64,000 nucleotides of DNA from Octopus vulgaris (lineage: Eukaryota), in NCBI GenBank assembly GCA_951406725.2, contig OX597832.1, positions 71,672,001 to 71,736,000 of the forward strand, written 5' to 3'. The notes under the pieces were generated by a model. It saw only the letters and a list, made by a program, of their open reading frames with translations. It was not told the origin of the DNA and did not search any database. Made by a program: the position numbers and the translations under genes. Below are positions 57,650 through 64,000 of the stretch, one piece after another (the stretch's first letter is position 1; each line of letters starts with the position of its first letter).

Positions 57650-58010
57650 TGGTCATCATCACATAATTCCTTTTTTGAAAATTTTAAGTGCTCCCACAAT
57701 TACTGGTAATGTAACCATCTTCAGATGCCACATTTTTTCAATTGCAATGAGCAAATTTTTATATTTTCTAGCTTGTCAAATTCTTTTGTCGAGACATGCA
57801 ATCAATTAACAAACTTTATTGTTTTGTTCTTTCACAACAATATCCAGTTTATTAGCTTTCATGGTTCTGTCTGTATACTGGGAAGTTCTTAAAAATTGTT
57901 GTTACCATTCGACCATTTGTCAACAGTTTTGTATTTTTAATGCCGACATTAAAACCAGTGTTGGCCAACTCTGTCATGTCTGGTGCTAAAACTTTTCATT
58001 CAGAAATTAA
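57650..58010 (-). mobile_element. R4/Dong-like LINE endonuclease relic
   Basis: RHDRVGQHW, FPVYTDRTMKANKLDIVVK (frameshifted), MWHLKMVTLPVIVGAL. Confidence 0.8.
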
Positions 58011-58299
58011 AATAGATATAAGGTCAATAACCGAGAGGTTTTCAGTTCGAATCGCATGCGTCTCGAGATGGGCTAGAGAATTTCTATTTTGGATATATTT
58101 GAAGTGTTTGCTTCTGCCAAGGGTATAAATAAGTATTTCTTTTGAACTAACTCTGAAATCAGGATTTTTTAGAAATTTCTGTCGGCTTTCTTCAAAACGC
58201 ATGCTTGTAGTGATAAATTACATGGTTATTGACGTTATGTCTATTTTCGGCTATTTTGGGTAAGCTAGGAGATGAATGGCAGCCAGCAGCATAGAAATG

Positions 58300-59250
58300 G
58301 CTGGTAATGTTAGTTGTTGGGGGAGAGCACAATTGATGGCTAATCAAGATGATTGTAGAAAGAGATATACAATTAAAAAAAGTGATGTACAGAAAAGAGA
58401 ATGATAGAAAGGGAATAATGCAAACTGCAGTTTACTGTGGAGAACTAAGCAAGTTCATTTTGCTGCTCTAATTGTGTAAGAAAAAAATGTTTTGTAGATG
58501 CGGAGAGAACGCGACAGTTAGCACTAGACAGATATACATAGTGTCACAATCAAGTCCTCGGTATCATAAGCACAACACATAAGGAGAACGTGTTGTAATA
58601 GGAGAGAATAGTCAAAAGTGGAAAAGCATGGAAAAAATACTTCCAAAGGAGGGAAGGCCAGGCCTTCAAATAAAATATACGAGATAGCTGAAAGATAGAA
58701 GGGATACTGGGAGCTAGCCACAGATTTGGAAAGACTTATTATTTCCACACATAAAAACAACAAAAAGACCAGACTTAATCATATAGAACACAGAACAGAG
58801 AATTGGAATTTTACTAGATCTGACAGTGCCATGGGAAGAGTAACGGAAGGAGAAGGGGTATGGTAAATTAATTGATGAGTGTGGAGAAGAGGGATGGACT
58901 CGTCAAGTATTACCATTTGGCAGTGGTGGCTAGAGGCTTCACTGAAAGGAAAATGACGACATTATTTAAAAGAAGGTTTGCCTTTTCGAGCTCAGAGCTG
59001 AGAAAAGTAATAAGAAGGATACAGGAGGCTGTCAACAAAGCCAATTTCTATATGTGGCTGAAGTGAGAAGAACCGAAATGGTTCAAAAGCCACAACATGC
59101 TGACTAGGAGGTGGTATCGCTAGGTGAAGCTGGCTGACACTTAAGCAGCATCACTGATTGACAGGTGGGCTAAGGTAAAAGTCTTGTTCATAGTGCCCCC
59201 TCCTCCTGGTTCGAAGGCTTGTACCACCAAACAGCTGGTTGGCTCTGGCT
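58300..59250 (+). mobile_element. Hero/R2-group non-LTR retrotransposon 3' relic
   Basis: WELATDL, KRPDLII, LDLTVPWEE, VVARGF, AVNKANFYMWLK: restriction-like endonuclease signature. Confidence 0.75.
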
Positions 59251-60325
59251 GCTGGAACTAAAACTAACACAATACTGTTGGAAAGCAGGTTTAGAAAGGG
59301 CATGAGCTAAAACTACACGCCTTTCCCCTTCATTGGTCAGTTGAAGCTAGCTTAGACAGTGTCACGTGACAGCTGGTCCTGACTGGCGAGTATTTAAAGG
59401 GAAATTTGACAGGATGGTCATTTGCCTGCTTACATTCATTGACGCTGCATTGAAGAAACCAAAGAACAGAAGAAAAAAGGAGAAAAAAGAAATGCACTCA
59501 ACACCAGAGCAGAAGACACCTGAAAGGAGGGAGACCACCATGTAGAAAACGGCAGAGGAGTAGGGGCCGAAACTAGACGTGGTTCCTCCTGATGATGACT
59601 TTAGCCAGGAAACATGGTTGGAATTCGCATATGAATATGTTTTACAAAATTCCTAATGTGAAATTGTGTTGAAACAGATATTGTTATATTTGGGGATGGT
59701 ATGTTTTTCTTTTTTTAGTTCATTCTGAAGACAAAATGAGCTAAACAGGGGGGATGAAGGGTTACTGAAGAGGTCACAGGATGTGTGACAAAAGATTTCC
59801 AGAAAAGGACATAGAATAAGAACAATAATAAAGCTGAAGAGAAGAAGGAATACATATTGTGCATGTGTATTTGGCAAAAAGAAAAAAAAATACTGGTCTT
59901 TTTTTTACCTTTTTTCAGAGCTAGTATCAACTTGAAACTGTCTCTCATGAATTTGTGAGTATGGTGGAAGAGTGAGAGAGGAGGAGAACAGTGGAGGGGA
60001 TTTTAAAACTATCTTTCAAAGCAAGGGTTCTGCGTAGGATGCCAGGTGTGGAGGAAAACTTGATAGGAGCTGGTTGATAAAATGGAGAGGAAGTGAGGGA
60101 GAGATATGGGGAGAAAGATGGAGAGAGGAAGAGGGGTATAAGTTAAGGAGAGAGTGGGAATAGAGTGTCCTCTGTTTGGTTGAATGGAGAAAAAAGTGGG
60201 GAGTACAAAGTGGAGGAGGAAGAAGAGGGGAGGAGCTGTCATCCCTATCATTGCCATCATCATCATCATCATCATAATCATCATTCATCTATTCATTCTA
60301 TTCTGATTTAGAAATAATATCTTAC

Positions 60326-60404
60326 CTTCAAGTCCCACATTGCCGGAATTTTGTTCAGTAAATCCTGAAGATTTTTCTGACAAACTGCAAGAAGCCTATT
60401 ATAT
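60326..60404 (-). CDS. Candidate 79-nt coding exon, unknown product
   Basis: ggtcttttag|ATATAAT..TTGAAG|gtaaga; open frame YNRLLAVCQKNLQDLLNKIPAMWDLK. Confidence 0.55.
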
Positions 60405-61539
60405 CTAAAAGACCATTCAAAAACACATTATGTATTAAGAATTAAGTCTAGGTTGATGAAGATGAAGTGCATATAAGAAAGTGATGTATGGCTCTAAGGC
60501 CTGATATTAAAGATTGTAAAAAAATAAGGTGAAAATCTTTTGAATGTGGAATGCTAATATGAAAAGGAGAGCTTTAATCAGCTGCTAAGAAAGTGGTTGG
60601 ACATTCAAGTATAGTGAGAAGATGACTAGATTGACAGGATATATTATGTGAATAAAAAGGAAGTCATGGTGGGGACTCATTGTATATTTACTGTAAAAGA
60701 AAGGCATCTGCGGGAGAGCAAGTAAAACAGAAGACAAAGTGGTAAGATCAAATTTTTATATATTTGACCTCACAGAAAATGAGTGAGATATGCTATGTGA
60801 TAGACTCATCCAATCATACCATCAGGGAGAAACCAATGTCAAATGTCAAATCATAATCCAGCATTGGAAATTGTGAAGATGCAAGTGTAGTAAAACAACT
60901 AAGTAGTAAAGCTCAAGTCAGAAAGAAGTAGAAGGTCAATAATTGGTTATCTGTGTTGGTCAGAATTCTCAGTCATGAAGCATATATTGAGTGAGATGTT
61001 ACATTGAATGCAGATGAGCAGAGGTTAAAGAGAAGTGAGGTAAGATATGTTAATTTACAAAGAGTTGAGAACAAATGCATTAAGAGAGCAGGCAGACATT
61101 AACAACCTCGAGTAATATGAACTGAGAGAACAGACATTACAAGATCTCAAACGAATAAGTGCAGGGGAGATAACTCTGTTGGTCTAAACAAGTAATTTCC
61201 AAAATGCTACAAAATATAAAAATTCTTTATAAAACTAAAATTCAAATTTTATTTGACTATATGTTCCTAGTTTTTAGACTAAACAAGTCAATGTCACAAT
61301 AAAATTTTTCAGCTTTTGCATTCTTGGACATAAGTCCTTGTACCTTAAAAATAATAATTTTCAAATGACCCCTAGAAGCTTGAAACTTTTGTTCATTAGT
61401 ATACTGACATACTACAAAAAAAAAAGAAAGAAAGAAAAAAGAAAAAGAAAAAGAAATCAGCATTTTTGATGACAGAGTAAGTAATGTACATAGGAACAAA
61501 TATACATAGGAAAACACATGAATAGCTCTTAGGCTTATT

Positions 61540-62190
61540 TTGTGGATATCATCATGCATGTGGTTAGCAGATACCCAAAAATGTCATCAAAGTTACTACC
61601 TTCGTATGTGGTAGAACATTGTTGCTACAATAATACACAATGCCACCCAGAAAAACGAATTTCCAAGAATAAATATAGAAAATCCTCTGTTATTGAATAC
61701 ATTGAATACACACACAAACATCAACAGAAGAAATACTGGTGGAACATTCCCTTCAAAACATCTGTCAAGTCTAAACATGGCCGGCCAGACATTGTTGTTT
61801 GGGACACACAAAACAAAGTATGTACTACCACAGAGGTCAGCTGTCTTGCTGATGTGAATACCACTTTCAAAATCAAAGAGGATAACAGTTGCTTCGAAGC
61901 CTCCTGCTTCTGCATCAAGATGATAAATTCATATTTATACCAATACTAACTGGTGACCTTGGTTTGGTAAGTAAACGCCTAAGGGACAATCTAAATTAGG
62001 TAGGGTTTTCAGAAAAAAAAAACATTGACCAGCTAATTTGTACAATATAGAAACAATTTGTAAGTGGAACAATAAAAATATACAAGGCTTTTTTTCAAGT
62101 TTAAAATGTGACATTGTTTTTGTTATCTACATTCCAACATCTTTGTCAGAAACCAGCTTCTTCCTCAGAAGAAAATTTTAGATAATTAAA
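61540..62190 (+). mobile_element. R4/Dong-like LINE 3' relic
   Basis: YWWNIPFKTSVKSKHGRPDIVVWDTQNKVCTTTEVSCLADVN = PD..E restriction-like endonuclease. Confidence 0.8.
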
Positions 62191-62286
62191 AACAGAAGAG
62201 GATATACATGCAAATATGTATGTATGTAAACATACGTTAACTCTCTAATATATGTATGTATATATACATACATGTATACATACATT

Positions 62287-62317
<31 letters not shown>

Positions 62318-62639
62318 ATGTATGTATGTATGTATGTATGTATGTATGTATGTATGTGATAACTGCATTATTTCTAGTTCAATTTTAGATTCTGAGAGTA
62401 GATTCAATATATACAAAATGGTAATATTTCTATTGCTAATACACCACCAGAACTGAGTAATTGTAGAAATAATTCCACTGTCCCCTTAACAATATCAAAC
62501 TTCTCTGTCTCTCTTTCTCTCTGTAGTCAGTACCTAATTGATTGATAGCTCCTGAACACACACGCCTACTTTTTATATATTGCTCTCCACCTCTAAAACT
62601 TTACTAGTGAAAGCTAGAGTGGGAAGAAATAGTTGACTA

Positions 62640-63520
62640 AGGTGGTTTATACGGAATGTCATGTGTGTTTGGTGCAATTTCAAAGGAGTTTGGTACACTT
62701 TGAATTTCTCTCATGTTGTGAATGCTCAGCCTGTCCTGATCTGGGCGACATATTGTACCAAAACACGGCCTCGACTGGTGAAATGTGACCCCTCTCTGCC
62801 ATGGCCTTGATGGTACGATGATGCCTTTCCACCACCCCGTTTCCACTTGGCCGGTATGCCACCCTGAAGAAGCGGTTGACCTTCCACTCATCAAGCATTT
62901 CTCTCAGCACATCCGAGCGAAATGCAGTGCCGTTGTCCAGAAGCAGTTCATCAACGGGGCCTCGTTCCAGGAATATCTCATTCAACACTTTCACAATTTC
63001 TTCTGCAGTTCCCGACTTCATCTCCCTCCATATGGCGAACCTTTATGCTCATGTTGTGAATGCTAACTTTTATGCTCAACTACCGCAATGAGTATACGAT
63101 ACTTTGAAAGCCGACTGGCTGGCATTGATCAATTGAAGAAGCCCACTCCTACAGAATGACAATGCCTCAGTACACACTACCAATGTAACCAAGTGCAAAC
63201 TTCAGACATGAGGGGCTGGAAGTTCTGCCTACAGTCCACATATTGCATCATCAAATTACCAACTTTTCTGAGCCATTTCCTGAATAGAAAAAGGATCAAC
63301 AATGTGAATGAAGTTGAAAACAGGTGTAGGGAGTTTTTGCCTCTGAATCAGCCAAAAGTGTGGAATTGAGCTTCTAACACAACAATGGCAACAGACAACA
63401 GAATATGATGGTATATATTTTGATGAATAAGTGCTTTTCATATGTGATTTATTTGAATTATTAATTAAAGCTTAAAATACAAAAAAAAAAATTACAAAAA
63501 ACATTTGACTCAACCTGATA
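62640..63520 (+). mobile_element. Mariner transposase C-terminal relic with right TIR, interrupted at 62727-63047
   Basis: LLQNDNASVHT, YSPHIASSNY (YSPDLAPSD-like), EVENRCREF, EYDGIYF; ends ttgactcaacctgaTA. Confidence 0.75.
62727..63047 (-). mobile_element. Gypsy-type LTR-retrotransposon integrase core fragment
   Basis: GPVDELLLDNGTAFRS..FRVAYRPSGNGVVERHHRTIK (rve D..E core); flanked by 17-bp direct repeat. Confidence 0.9.
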
Positions 63521-63870
63521 TTCTTCACAAAAACAACATACTTGCGCAGTGCTATTTATTTATACACAAGTATACACTAAACATAAATGACACTACATCA
63601 AAGGTATTAAAATTTATATCTTACCAAGAAGTCATTATGACTTCTTGGACAAGAACTGTGTTCCTAGATTGTTCATACAATATTGGGTACTGTTCCATTA
63701 CACTTTTCAAATGAAATAAGTTAGGGAGATGCTGTATGATATCTTTGGCTGTTTCTTCTGTCACCTGTTTGGTTAAACAATATATACAAAAATAAGTATA
63801 GGGTAGTGTCGTATGAACGGTGAAAAGAGTACAACAGAAAAAGGAAGAATGGAATGTAATTGGGTCTTAC

Positions 63871-63960
63871 CTAGTCGGAGATGAACTTGGATCGCCTTTA
63901 GCCAACTCGCTCGTCTCGTCCCTTCGTCATGTCTGAGTCAACTGCTCGATGCCGCACGTG
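63871..63960 (-). other. Candidate first exon of minus-strand transcript
   Basis: CpG-rich, adjacent to promoter motifs, ends in consensus donor TAG|gtaaga; ATG at 63930. TSS position is approximate. Confidence 0.6.
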
Positions 63961-64000
63961 CGTTCTGCCTGTCACTTCCGCTTCCGCCGGCGCATGCGCC
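63955..64000 (-). promoter_or_regulatory. Housekeeping-type CpG-rich promoter (NRF1 + tandem ETS + E-box)
   Basis: GCGCATGCGC at 63990-63999, CGGAAG-CGGAAGTG on minus strand at 63973-63986, CACGTG at 63955-63960. Confidence 0.75.

Larger units (their letters stand above)
55003..58010 (+). repeat. Longer paralogue (probable donor) of the 39880-42496 duplication
   Basis: Left flank continues the RTE relic seamlessly; contains candidate exon 57234-57342. Confidence 0.95.

Noticed and set aside
59700-59960. Plus-strand acceptor/donor-like sites
   Set aside because: No open frame or linked exons; could be chance polypyrimidine tracts.
60326-60404. Faint resemblance of the exon peptide to the N-terminus of SNRNP25
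   Set aside because: Too short and weak; other candidate exons do not match, so no gene symbol assigned.

Overview
Eukaryotic, very AT-rich, repeat-dominated DNA; the tRNA-derived SINE families point to an octopus (cephalopod) genome. No intact long protein-coding ORF is present and most ORF-track entries are microsatellite or low-complexity noise. Recognisable content: a Helitron with a broken PIF1 helicase and a canonical hairpin+CTAG end; a Neptune-type Penelope-like element facing a second Penelope 3' end, each carrying a minimal hammerhead-ribozyme motif; relics of RTE, CR1-like, Tx1/L1, R4/Dong-like and Hero/R2-group LINEs; mariner/Tc1 relics; hAT and Merlin-like MITEs; a ~15-kb array of an internally palindromic ~217-bp repeat with a ~2.2-2.3-kb higher-order unit; and a candidate minus-strand spliced gene starting at an NRF1/ETS promoter at the right edge. 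The most unusual signal is a cluster of local copy-paste events readable from junctions: a circularly permuted inverted copy of 34.6-38.9 kb joined through an 11-bp microhomology, inserts flanked by 53-bp and 17-bp duplications, a 2.6-kb exon-containing duplication bracketed by inverted palindromic-repeat arms, and a perfect 38-bp-arm hairpin present in only one of two paralogous copies. All alignments were made by eye; TE boundaries are approximate unless termini or TSDs are quoted.
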